Below are positions 54,009-63,716 of a stretch of 64,000 bases of DNA, in pieces (the stretch's first letter is position 1; every line of letters begins with the position of its first letter). The DNA is taken from the NCBI GenBank assembly GCA_963796965.1, contig CAWCNS010000007.1, positions 768,001 through 832,000 of the forward strand, given 5' to 3'. This DNA is from Calditrichia bacterium. Its GTDB lineage: Bacteria; Calditrichota; Calditrichia; JAJRVZ01. The position numbers and the translations under genes are program-made. The notes below the pieces were generated by a model that was not told where the DNA came from, searched no databases, and worked only from the letters and a program-made list of their open reading frames with translations.

Positions 54009-55148
54009 ATGGTATTAAACAGAGCATATATATCTGTTATATTGATTACGCTGATTTTTTCTGCCTGTGGCACGCTAAGAATCCGTGATTTCCCGGAGCA
54101 GCTACTATCAGACAATGACCCACTCATTGCATCAAAGAACTCTTTCACCAGAAACACCGTTGGCCGTGAGGAACTTGTACCTCCACTAATTGAAGATTGG
54201 ACAGAAGATTATACTTCCCTGCCAAACAATGGATTTACTGCAGTCGACAACTGGCTATTATTTGGCACCTACAATGGTTATCTTGCTGTTGCAGATATTG
54301 ATGATGGCGACCTGAAAGGCAAAAGGAATCTGGGTGATGCCTGTTCTACTCCACCAACGGTCCATGATAAAGTTTTGTATCAAAGTTTTGAAACCGGTTC
54401 ATATGGCTTGATCGCCTATAATATTTCAGGCGGATATATATTATGGCGTCTGGAAGATCATTTTTCCCGCTCTTCTCCTATTATTGTCGATAATACGGTG
54501 CTATTTCAGACAGTGAGAGGTGAGGTTCTCTGTCTTGATATAGAAGAAGGTGAAGAAATCTGGCGAATATCCCTCCAAACTAACCTAAGAAATTCTGCGG
54601 CTTTTAAGGATGGGAAACTGATTATAACGACACTCGAAGGAAAAATCCTTGCCCTCAACCATACTTCCGGTGAGGTATTATGGGAAGTGGACATCCAGAC
54701 TCCAATTATGGCAGATCCTGTAATAGAAGGAGATGCGATTTATATTGTTACTCATACGGGTATCTTATTCGTATATGAATTATCAAATGGATCTGAACGA
54801 TATACGCAGGAACTAGGTGTGCGAGCCTATCATGGCCCTACTATTGATAACGAGAGTATTTACCTGGCCATGGGAAATGGGAGTTTAATCGCATTGAATA
54901 AGTCCAGTTATAAACAAAACTGGGAATTCGATGGCGACGGCCCTGCAGCAGGCTCTGTTCTTATTACTGACACCTATGCCTATCTAACAACGCTTGCAGG
55001 TATATTGTATATATTGGATAAAAATAATGGTACGTTATTACAAACCATCACACTTTCCGGAAGAGCACGTTCTACACCGATTATAAAAAAAGGAAAATTA
55101 ATAATATCCGTAGAGAACAAACAGGTTAATGCCTATGCCAAAGAATAA
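54009..55148 (+). CDS. PQQ-like beta-propeller lipoprotein (BamB-like)
   Basis: Lipobox FSA-C; repeated G..LW blades and SSP/ADP/STP motifs; ATG abuts the Omp85 stop. Confidence 0.82.
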   Translation: MVLNRAYISVILITLIFSACGTLRIRDFPEQLLSDNDPLIASKNSFTRNTVGREELVPPLIEDWTEDYTSLPNNGFTAVDNWLLFGTYNGYLAVADIDDGDLKGKRNLGDACSTPPTVHDKVLYQSFETGSYGLIAYNISGGYILWRLEDHFSRSSPIIVDNTVLFQTVRGEVLCLDIEEGEEIWRISLQTNLRNSAAFKDGKLIITTLEGKILALNHTSGEVLWEVDIQTPIMADPVIEGDAIYIVTHTGILFVYELSNGSERYTQELGVRAYHGPTIDNESIYLAMGNGSLIALNKSSYKQNWEFDGDGPAAGSVLITDTYAYLTTLAGILYILDKNNGTLLQTITLSGRARSTPIIKKGKLIISVENKQVNAYAKE

Positions 55149-55905
55149 ACTTCTTATATATATCCTGTTTATTTTTCTCGCTTCGATATCATTTGCGATG
55201 GATGATACGGGTTACCTCTCCGTCACAGCCGGAGACAGCATGGACATAACTATTGATACAACTTTTATTGGAACCGGGAGCGTTTCCTATATCGCCCTGC
55301 CCATCGGCAGCCACACCCTCCATGTCTACAACCCATACAACCGTTCCTGGTCCAATCGCGGTCGGACAAGAGAAATTGAAATAAAATTTAACGAACATAC
55401 GAATATAGATCTTAGGAATGACGAGGACATACGAATAATAAGTGTGCCCTATGCCAGTAAAGTTTATATGGGTGATGAATTTATAGGTCAAACACCCCTG
55501 GTTTTTGCCAGAAAAACCATTGGTGATCAATCCATACGGTTAGAAAACAGAGGTTTTGAAGACAAGTCTTTCACATTAATTCAAGGTCAGTCCGTCTATA
55601 AAGTATCACTTCAAAGCGCTGGAAATCAGGGCAAGAGTAGATTGTCAAAGATGAAAGATAGTCAATATAAGATAAAATGGTACCGCGAAGGATTAATTGT
55701 AACATCGCTCGCTGCCAGTTGGGCATCATTTTATTACAAGCGCGAAGCAGACAAATATTATGCACAATATCAGAGATCTTCCGATTCAAGAGAGATGATC
55801 GCCATGTATAGTAAAACAAAGAAATATGACCAATGGTCTGAAATTGCCATTGCCGTTTCTGCCGTTACTTTAGGTACCTACCTATATTTACTATTATTCA
55901 ATTAA
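55129..55905 (+). CDS. PEGA-domain protein with C-terminal helical hairpin
   Basis: ISVPYASKVYMGDEFIGQTPL..IRLENRGFE; hydrophobic C-terminal helices. Confidence 0.75.
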   Translation: MPMPKNKLLIYILFIFLASISFAMDDTGYLSVTAGDSMDITIDTTFIGTGSVSYIALPIGSHTLHVYNPYNRSWSNRGRTREIEIKFNEHTNIDLRNDEDIRIISVPYASKVYMGDEFIGQTPLVFARKTIGDQSIRLENRGFEDKSFTLIQGQSVYKVSLQSAGNQGKSRLSKMKDSQYKIKWYREGLIVTSLAASWASFYYKREADKYYAQYQRSSDSREMIAMYSKTKKYDQWSEIAIAVSAVTLGTYLYLLLFN

Positions 55906-55983
55906 TATATTCATTCGAAAATCTCTTCCAACCTCCTCATCATTATATTTATGCACTTTGACGCATTAATATCCACAATTAAT

Positions 55984-56012
55984 TTGGTCTTACTTCATAA
56001 ATTTTATAAATT
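55984..56012 (+). promoter_or_regulatory. Putative promoter of the lysW operon
   Basis: TTGGTC-N17-TAAATT. Confidence 0.3.
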
Positions 56013-56163
56013 TAATGTTTATATATTTGAGATAGTGAAAAGCGTAGCACGGAGAGCATGGCGCAAAGCTAATTCATTTTTTAACGCTATCGTTTTGCGG
56101 TAAACTCAGTGTTCTCTATGGCTATTTCTCTTACATTGCCCAAAACAAATCATAGGAGAAAAA

Positions 56164-56337
56164 ATGAACAAGAAAACAGAATGCCCCGTATGTGCTGCAG
56201 AAATATTAATTTTACCTGATGCCGTTGAAGGTGAATTAATTGTCTGCCCGGAATGTGGTGCAGAATTGGAAATCATCAATGTTGAGCCACCGGAATTAGC
56301 AGAGGCCCCGCAAGAAGAGGAAGATTGGGGAGAATAG
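56164..56337 (+). CDS. lysW: Amino-group carrier protein LysW, 57 aa (absent from ORF track)
   Basis: [57 protein letters not shown]: two CxxC and C-terminal EDWGE; AGGAG RBS. Confidence 0.97.
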   Translation: MNKKTECPVCAAEILILPDAVEGELIVCPECGAELEIINVEPPELAEAPQEEEDWGE

Positions 56338-56340
56338 TTT

Positions 56341-57496
56341 TTGGCAAAAATTCTTGATACAACTTTACGTGAGGGAGAACAAACGCCCGGCGTATATTTT
56401 GATGGACATATAAAACTCGCTATCGCTGATCTACTGGACCGTGTAGGCGTTGATATTATCGAGACAGGTCATCCTGTTGTCTCGGAAGATATTCATCATG
56501 CGGTGGAACAAATTGCGAACCGAAATCTCCGGGCAATAATTGGTGCACATTCCCGCTCCGTTCGGAAAGATATCGACCTTGCTTTGGCCTGTGGTGTTGG
56601 TTTTATTGGCATTTTTTATTGTGTCTCCGATGACAGATTGAACCATGTATTTAAGCGGGACTTAAACTCCGCCATAGACAATATAACGCAATGCATCAGT
56701 TATGCTAAGATGAATCAACCAAATTTAATAATACGGTATACACCTGAAGATACAGTTCGCTCGAATTTTGAGAACGTTCTCTCAGACTGCGGTCGCTGCC
56801 GTTGAAGCAGGCGCCGATATCATCAGTATAGCCGATACAACCGGTTTTATGATACCGGGCTCAGCGAATAATATGTATGATTATGTCTCCCGGCTAAAAG
56901 AGGAGTTTAATAAAAGATCGCTCTCACCACAATTAGCGGTTCATTGCCATAATGACCGGGGTCTGGCATTGGCAAATGCACTTGATGCCTACCGTGCTGG
57001 TGCGGATATTATCGACGCTTCTGTGCTTGGACTTGGTGAACGGGCCGGAATTGTCGATCTGGCTCAATTGGTAACCACATTGCAAAATGTATATCATGAG
57101 CCATCTAAATGGGATGCAAAGGTATTACCTGAACTCTATACTATAGTGAGCAGATATGCTGGTGTCCCGATACCGGTTAATCAACCGATTACCGGTAAAA
57201 ACGCGTTCACCCATTGTGCCGGTGTGCATACCCATGCGGCCGTTCAAAATCCGGCCCATTATCAGAGTCTGGATCCTAAAATTGTTGGTAGAGAAATGAT
57301 GGTTTCTCTCGATCATATGTCTGGCATTTCGTCTCTGCAATGGGCATTGGAAAAAATTAAAATTGAACTTGACGATGAACAACTTACCAAAGTTCTGCAG
57401 GTTGTAAAGTCTATTGGCCAAAAAGGTCGAACAGTAGATCTTACCGAATTAGATCATATCGTTGAATGGTGTAAAAAACACCCCGACCTTAAGTAA
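56341..57496 (+). CDS. hcs: Homocitrate synthase (DRE-TIM family); +1 frameshift near 56786
   Basis: LDTTLREGEQ, IADTTG, HCHNDRGLALAN, GLGERAG, AFTHCAGVH; no LeuA regulatory domain; follows lysW. Confidence 0.8.
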
Positions 57497-57724
57497 TTCA
57501 CAATTTATTCATTATAGGGTATATCAAATTGGAAATGTTATAGTTTCCATCAAGAGAAGGTTATAAACCTCAAAGAAGACAGACAAGTAGAAGAGTGAAG
57601 ACAGAAAAGTGAAGAGATAGATTAATGATGTCTTCTCATCTCTCCTCTTTCTTCAGTTCCCTAAATAGATCTGTGTTCTCTATATTCCATGACAATCAGT
57701 TAATATTAAAGGTAGGAATAGCAA

Positions 57725-58577
57725 ATGAAAATCGGATTTTTACATTCACTTATCAGAAAAGATGAGAAATTACTTCTTGACGAAATAAATAAGCGACCAG
57801 ATATAGATCTGGTAATGATTGATGACAGGGAATTGATATTCAACATGGGAGAAAGTCCCTTTGATGTGGATGTTATCATAGAACGTTCAATCAATCATTC
57901 CCGGGCTTTACATGCCCTTACTTTATTTGAGGCCCAAGGTATTAAATGTGTTAACAAGGCCGATGTGGCCTTGGTTTGTGGAGATAAACTGCTCACCTCA
58001 CGTGCCTTATCTATGAATAATGTTCCTCAGCCACCTGTGAGTGTCACATTTACAGAGGCATCGGCAATAAAAGCCATTGAGGATATGGGTTACCCAGTGG
58101 TCATTAAACCGGCCGTGGGGTCTTGGGGCCGGCTATTAGCGAAAGTTAATGATCGGGATGCTGCCGAAGCATTGCTGGAACATAAAAAAATTCTAGGCAG
58201 TTATCACCATTCTATTTTCTATATTCAAAAATATGTAGAAAAAAAGGGCCGGGATATTCGTTCTTTTGTAGTAGGAGATACCTGTATTGCAGACTATTTA
58301 CAGGGAATCCGAGCATTGGATTACCAATACAGCCCGGGGAGGGGTAGCGTCCAATTGCCCCATGACCGATGAATTACGTGAGTTATCTCTTAACGCCGCC
58401 GCGGCTGTTGGCGGAGGGGTGGTTGCCATTGATCTTTTAGAATCTAAAGACGGATTACTTGTCAATGAGGTAAATTATACAATGGAATTTAAAAACAGCA
58501 TTGATGTAACAGGTGTTAATATCCCTGCTCATATTATTGATTATGTTGCCGCAGTGGCCAAAGGAGATGCCAGATGA
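57725..58577 (+). CDS. lysX: LysW-alpha-aminoadipate ligase (ATP-grasp); +1 frameshift near 58293
   Basis: [33 protein letters not shown], (I)[26 protein letters not shown]. Confidence 0.95.
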
Positions 58578-59620
58578 ACACCTTAAGAATATCAATTGTG
58601 GGGGGATCTGGATATACAGGTGGTGAATTAATCAGGATTTTGCTCTTTCATCCCAATGTATCAATTCAACAGGTTACTTCTGAGCGATTTTATGGTAAGC
58701 CCATTTCAAAAGTACACCCAAACCTGCGAAAAAGAACCGATTTAATATTTTGTGGTATCGATGAGCTGGAATCATGCGATGTTATATTTCTCTGTTTACC
58801 CCATGGCCAATCCATGCAGAAAATAGATATATATAAAAATTTAGCACCAAATATTATTGATCTTAGTGCAGATTTCCGCCTCGATTCAGCAGAACGCTAT
58901 AAAAAATGGTACAAACAGGATCACACGAACCCTGAACTTCTGAACGAATTTATTTATGGTATACCAGAACTACATCGGGAAGAAATGAAATCGGCTAAAA
59001 TGATATCAAGTGCCGGATGCAATGCAACCGCTTCTATTCTGGCCCTCTATCCCCTTTTTAAAAATAAGCTCATCATACCCGGACAAACCGTATGTGAAGT
59101 TAAGGTGGGATCCAGTGAAGGTGGTAACCGCGCATCTGATGCCTCTCACCATCCCGTACGTAGTGGTGTGTTGCGATCTTTTTCGCCAACAGGTCATCGC
59201 CATATGGGTGAAGTCGAACAGGAATTGGATTTTGGAGAAGGGGCAAATATTCATTTTTCAGCCACCTCAATTGATATGGTACGCGGGATTCTTGCTACTT
59301 GTCATGTTTTTCTAAAAGAAAGTTTAGAAGATAAAGATATCTGGAAAATTTACCGACAGACTTATGGTCAGGAACCCTTTATCAGAATCGTAAAGGAACG
59401 CGATGGCAATTACCGCTATCCGGAACCAAAGATTCTTGCTGGAACCAATTTCTGCGATATCGGTTTTCAAAAAGATCCGCAATCCAATCGGTTAGTGGTT
59501 ATCTCTGCTATCGATAATTTAATGAAAGGCGCTGCTGGCCAGGCTGTCCAGGCTTTAAATCTGATGATGGATTTTGAAGAAACCACAGCGCTGGAGTTTC
59601 CTGGTTTACACCCTATATAG
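58574..59620 (+). CDS. lysY: LysW-aminoadipyl-phosphate reductase (ArgC family)
   Basis: [58 protein letters not shown]. Confidence 0.93.
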   Translation: MNTLRISIVGGSGYTGGELIRILLFHPNVSIQQVTSERFYGKPISKVHPNLRKRTDLIFCGIDELESCDVIFLCLPHGQSMQKIDIYKNLAPNIIDLSADFRLDSAERYKKWYKQDHTNPELLNEFIYGIPELHREEMKSAKMISSAGCNATASILALYPLFKNKLIIPGQTVCEVKVGSSEGGNRASDASHHPVRSGVLRSFSPTGHRHMGEVEQELDFGEGANIHFSATSIDMVRGILATCHVFLKESLEDKDIWKIYRQTYGQEPFIRIVKERDGNYRYPEPKILAGTNFCDIGFQKDPQSNRLVVISAIDNLMKGAAGQAVQALNLMMDFEETTALEFPGLHPI

Positions 59621-59643
59621 AGATTGTCGTTTATATCTCCTTA

Positions 59644-59813
59644 AACACAAAGGACACAAAGAAGACACGGAGTACACAGAGAGAATAAAAAAAAATACAA
59701 GATACCAAATAAATAAAGTTTAAGATTATCGTATAGGATGTATGATCTAATATTTTGTCTTTTGTATTAATTATTTTGTATTTATTTTCTCTGCGGCTCT
59801 GCGGCTCTGCGTG
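59644..59813. repeat. Degenerate short-period repeat element between lysY and the Ntn hydrolase gene
   Basis: ACACAAAG/ACACGGAG/ACACAGAG units at left; three CTCTGCG(G/T) units at 59789-59812. Confidence 0.55.
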
Positions 59814-59825
59814 ATAAAACATCTT

Positions 59826-60461
59826 ATGTGCAGACTACTATATGTACGCTCAAGTGATTCCTTTGAGATACATGAACATTTGCAAAAGTTTGCCTCTATT
59901 TGCAAGAATAATAAAGAATTCCAGGGCCATGGTTGGGGATGTTCTTACCTTGTTGATGGTGAGTGGCAACATTATAAAAACATTAATCCCATTTGGGAAG
60001 ATCAGATTAATCAATTCGGCGAGACAAATTTGATAATTGCCCATGCCCGAAGTGCTTTTCAGGATAAAGATATTGTCATAGAAAACAATATGCCCTTTAT
60101 AATAGATGATATGGTCTATATTTTTAATGGTGAATTGCATGGTGTAAAGATAAAGGAACAGGGCCGGATCGGAGCCGAGAAAATTTTTAATTTTATTCTG
60201 CGATTCTATAAAGGCAGTATTAAAGAGGCAATGCAAAAGGGAACAAAAATAGTTGAAAGCCGTAGTCGATATATCCGGGCGATGAATATTATCATGACAG
60301 ACAAGTCCCAGGCGTGTGTTTCATCATTATTCAATGAAGATGATGACTATTTTACCATGTACACAAAACAACACAGTTATTGTAAGATTGTATGTTCGGA
60401 ACCTTACCCGGAGGAAACGGACTGGCAACCTATAGGAAACAGAAGTCTTGAGGAAATTTAA
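59826..60461 (+). CDS. Class II glutamine amidotransferase-like Ntn hydrolase (YafJ/EgtC/Dug3 type)
   Basis: ATG 59826 gives M-C-RLL, so Cys is N-terminal after Met removal; HGWG, IAHARSA, NNMPF, FNGEL, VCSEPY; TAA abuts the lysZ ATG. Confidence 0.85.
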   Translation: MCRLLYVRSSDSFEIHEHLQKFASICKNNKEFQGHGWGCSYLVDGEWQHYKNINPIWEDQINQFGETNLIIAHARSAFQDKDIVIENNMPFIIDDMVYIFNGELHGVKIKEQGRIGAEKIFNFILRFYKGSIKEAMQKGTKIVESRSRYIRAMNIIMTDKSQACVSSLFNEDDDYFTMYTKQHSYCKIVCSEPYPEETDWQPIGNRSLEEI

Positions 60462-61253
60462 ATGATCATTGTAAAAATTGGTGGGGGCGAGGCAATCAAC
60501 ATCCAAGGTATCATAGCCAATTTGGGTGAGATAGATGAGAAATTTGTCATCGTTCATGGTGCCAATGCCCTACGGGATGCATTAGCAGAGAAATTAAACT
60601 ATTCCAAAAAAGTATTAACATCTGTTTCAGGATATAGCAGTGTCTTCTCCGATGAACAAGCCTTAGATGTAATGATGATGGCCTATGCCGGGTTGAGAAA
60701 TAAACGTATTGTTGAACTCTGTCAGCAAAAGGGAATTAACGCTGTCGGCTTATCCGGTCTTGATGGTAAAATGATTCAGGGTAAACGCAATAATGGGATA
60801 AGAATTAAAGAAAACGGTAAACTTCGAATTGTAAGAGATTTTTCCGGGAAGCCGAAGGAAATCAATACGCAATTATTGGATTTATTACTTACCAACGGAT
60901 ATACACCTGTTCTTTCCGTCCCTATTATAGATGAGAATAATTTTGCCATCAATTCCGAAAATGATGATATCATCAATGTGCTGCAAAAAAGTATACATGC
61001 AGAAAAAATAATTACGTTAATTGAAGCACCTGGTTTTTTAGACGATCCTTCTGATCCTGGTAGTGTGGTCGCAAAGATCAGCCCCCAGGAACTAGAGCGG
61101 AGAGAGGGTCAGGTGGAAGGAAGGATGAAACGAAAACTCCTTGCTCTGAGGAGATTGTTTGAAAACGGCGCCAATACGCTTATAATGGCCGATGGCCGGG
61201 TAGAAAATCCTATCCATGATGCTTTAGCCGGAAAAGGAACAATTATTCAATGA
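60462..61253 (+). CDS. lysZ: LysW-aminoadipate kinase
   Basis: IVKIGGG, VHGA, SVSGYSS, AVGLSGLDG, DFSGK, GRMKRKL. Confidence 0.92.
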   Translation: MIIVKIGGGEAINIQGIIANLGEIDEKFVIVHGANALRDALAEKLNYSKKVLTSVSGYSSVFSDEQALDVMMMAYAGLRNKRIVELCQQKGINAVGLSGLDGKMIQGKRNNGIRIKENGKLRIVRDFSGKPKEINTQLLDLLLTNGYTPVLSVPIIDENNFAINSENDDIINVLQKSIHAEKIITLIEAPGFLDDPSDPGSVVAKISPQELERREGQVEGRMKRKLLALRRLFENGANTLIMADGRVENPIHDALAGKGTIIQ

Positions 61254-62416
61254 AAAATTTTGAGGAAATTGAAGATCAATATAGCCTGAGTCTTTTTCAA
61301 AAACGCGGCATTACTCTGGTAAAAGGAAAAAATGCCACAGTTTGGGATAAGGATGGCAAGGAATATATTGATTGTACGGCCGGACATGGCGTAGCCAGCA
61401 TTGGACATTGCAATGATGATCTGGTTGCTGCCCTCTCCTCCCAGGCGGCAAAGTTAATCACCTGCACGGGATCCTTCTATAACGAAGAACGTGCCAAATT
61501 AATGGAAAAGTTAGTAGAGATAAGCCCTAAGGGTTTGGAGAAGGTATTTTTATGTAATTCAGGAACAGAAAGCATTGAAGCTGCGATAAAATTTGCCCGG
61601 ATTAGTACGGGCAGAACTGATTTTATTTGCGCCATGCGTGGTTTTCACGGCCGCACATTGGGTGCATTAAGCGCAACGCATAATCCCAAATACCGTAATG
61701 ATTTTCAACCTTTGATTCCCGGTTTTCATTTTGTTCCTTACAATAATTTTGAAAAGATCAAAGAAAAGCATAACCGGATTCAACTGCCGCGATTATACTT
61801 GAAGTAATTCAGGGTGAAGGCGGCGTTCATCCGGCAGATCCAGGAATATCTTGTTCAGGTTCAGTCATTTTGCAAAGAGAAAGGTATCCTGCTAATCATT
61901 GATGAGGTTCAGACAGGCTTTGGGAGAACAGGAAAATTATTTGCCTGTGAACATTATGATCTTGAACCGGATTTGTTATGTCTGTCCAAGGCAATCGGTG
62001 GTGGATTTCCTATAGGTGCTGTTCTCTGTTCCTCATCCATAAAAGTCGCCCTGGGGAAACATGGCACAACCTTTGGCGGTAATCCCCTGGCTTGCGCCGC
62101 TTCCCTTGCTTCGATTAATTTTTTACTAAAGAATGATTTACCAGGACAATCTGCAGCAAAAGGAAAATACTTTGTGGAAAAATTTCCTTCTGAAAAATTG
62201 GAAAAAGTACGCGAAGTACGGCAGATGGGATTGATGATCGGTATTGAACTAAAAGAAAAATCGCAACCCTATATTACCAAATTGCAGGAGATGGGAGTTT
62301 TAACCATACCGGCTGGTGCAACGGTTATTCGTCTTTTACCACCCCTCACAATCGAATATCAACAACTAGATCGTGTTATTGATTCTATTACAAACGTATT
62401 AGAAGAAGGACTATAG
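61250..62416 (+). CDS. lysJ: LysW-aminoadipate semialdehyde transaminase (class III PLP); three apparent +1 insertions at 61765-61841
   Basis: YIDC.AGHGV..IGH, NSGTESIEAAIK, FHGRTLG, out-of-frame AIILEVIQGEGGV, DEVQTGFGRTG, SKAIGGG, HGTTFGGNP, IRLLPPL. Confidence 0.9.
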
Positions 62417-62441
62417 ATTAACTCTCTGCTCTCGGTTTCCT

Positions 62442-62660
62442 TTACCGGGAATTAAAACGCCAAACCAAAGATAAAAACAGTACATTTTGATCCGGTGCAA
62501 GATGATTATCATGGCCCCTGAAATAGCCACTTTCCGGACCTGTAGAACGATCATACCGGTATTCCAGTTTTGTCATTAGTTTATGTTCCGTACTTTTAGA
62601 CATAATATTATAACCAATCGTTGCTGACACCGCCCAAATATTCTGCCTACCTCCAGACAT
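62442..62660 (-). pseudogene. Probable C-terminal remnant of an outer-membrane beta-barrel gene
   Basis: 72 aa, no signal peptide; strands AVSATIGY, KLEYRYD and LFLSLVWRF near the C-terminus. Confidence 0.45.
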
Positions 62661-62667
62661 AGGGCCA

Positions 62668-63480
62668 CTACCCTTCGTACAATTTTTCCGCTTTGGTTGC
62701 CGAGGTTACAATACCCTTTATCATTGCCGAGCTAAAACCATCATGCTCCATCTGATTCAGATCCGGAAATCGTTACACCTCGTGGTGTGGTCACCTTATC
62801 GATCTCAAATTCGGGATGTTGATTGTTTTCTAACAGGAGGGATGCTGCACCCTTTGCTGTCTGGGCTGCTATTTGAAGGGCCTTTGCAGGATGAAATCCT
62901 ATTTCAATACCACCCTGGGAAGCGGCGCGAATCGCTCTCAGAAAAAATGCTATCCCGCAGGCACCTAATGCTGTTGCGGCACCCATCAATTCTTCTTCTA
63001 TACGTAATGACTTACCAACTGTATTGAAAATAGATTCGGCAACAGCCAAGGCTTTGCCATTGGCACTTTCAGAGGATAAACAGGTCATCGATTCGCGGAT
63101 CCCAATCGCCGTATTTGGCATCGCCCGAACAAGTGCCAGATTTTTTCCGGTTTTATCTAAGATCTGTTTTGTGTTAACACCCGTCACCACAGATATCACA
63201 ATATGTTTTTCTTCAATCTAAATGACTGCCAATTTCTTCCAACAGGTTGTTGATCTGTTGCGGTTCAACGGCAATGATGATGACATCTGAATCTTTGATT
63301 GCGGCAATATTATCATCTGTAACCCTGACACCCATCTTTTCATATTTCTCTAAAAGATGTACTTTCCGACGTGTTAAGGATTATTTGATCTTTATTTATT
63401 AATCCGGAAGCGAAAAGACCATCAGTAATAGCCATGCCAAGGCTTCCTGCGCCTAAAATTGCAATTTTTTTATTTTTCAT
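62668..63480 (-). CDS. proC: Pyrroline-5-carboxylate reductase; several frameshifts
   Basis: MKNKKIAILGAGSLG, IIIAVEPQ, VRAMPNT, ATALGACG, VTTPRGVTI, then LNQMEHDGFSSAMIKGI..YEG* in shifted frames. Confidence 0.92.
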
Positions 63481-63716
63481 TTTTATTCCTTTATAATATT
63501 AAATTGTCTTTCTGTAAGGTTCTTTCAAAAAGACAAATCCTTCACCCCTGTTATCTTGAAAGGAACTCCTAAATGGTGAATTATTCTCGATAAGCAGGAA
63601 GATTGTTATCCCGAATGACGAATCAACTTTCATTATCGATTCTCGAAAGGATTGTTCCAAGATACCGATACAGTCCCGACGGGCAGAAAGATTTTTCAGA
63701 ATGACAGATTAAATTA

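Noticed and set aside
55906..56163. Lysine riboswitch or Lys-rich leader peptide before lysW
   Set aside because: No recognisable riboswitch core or Lys-codon leader; only a degenerate repeat is present.
59644..59813. CRISPR array
   Set aside because: Units are 7-8 nt with no spacers, and no cas genes are in the window.
59811..59825. GTG start at 59811 for the Ntn hydrolase
   Set aside because: It overlaps the repeat element and would bury the catalytic Cys; ATG 59826 fits the family.
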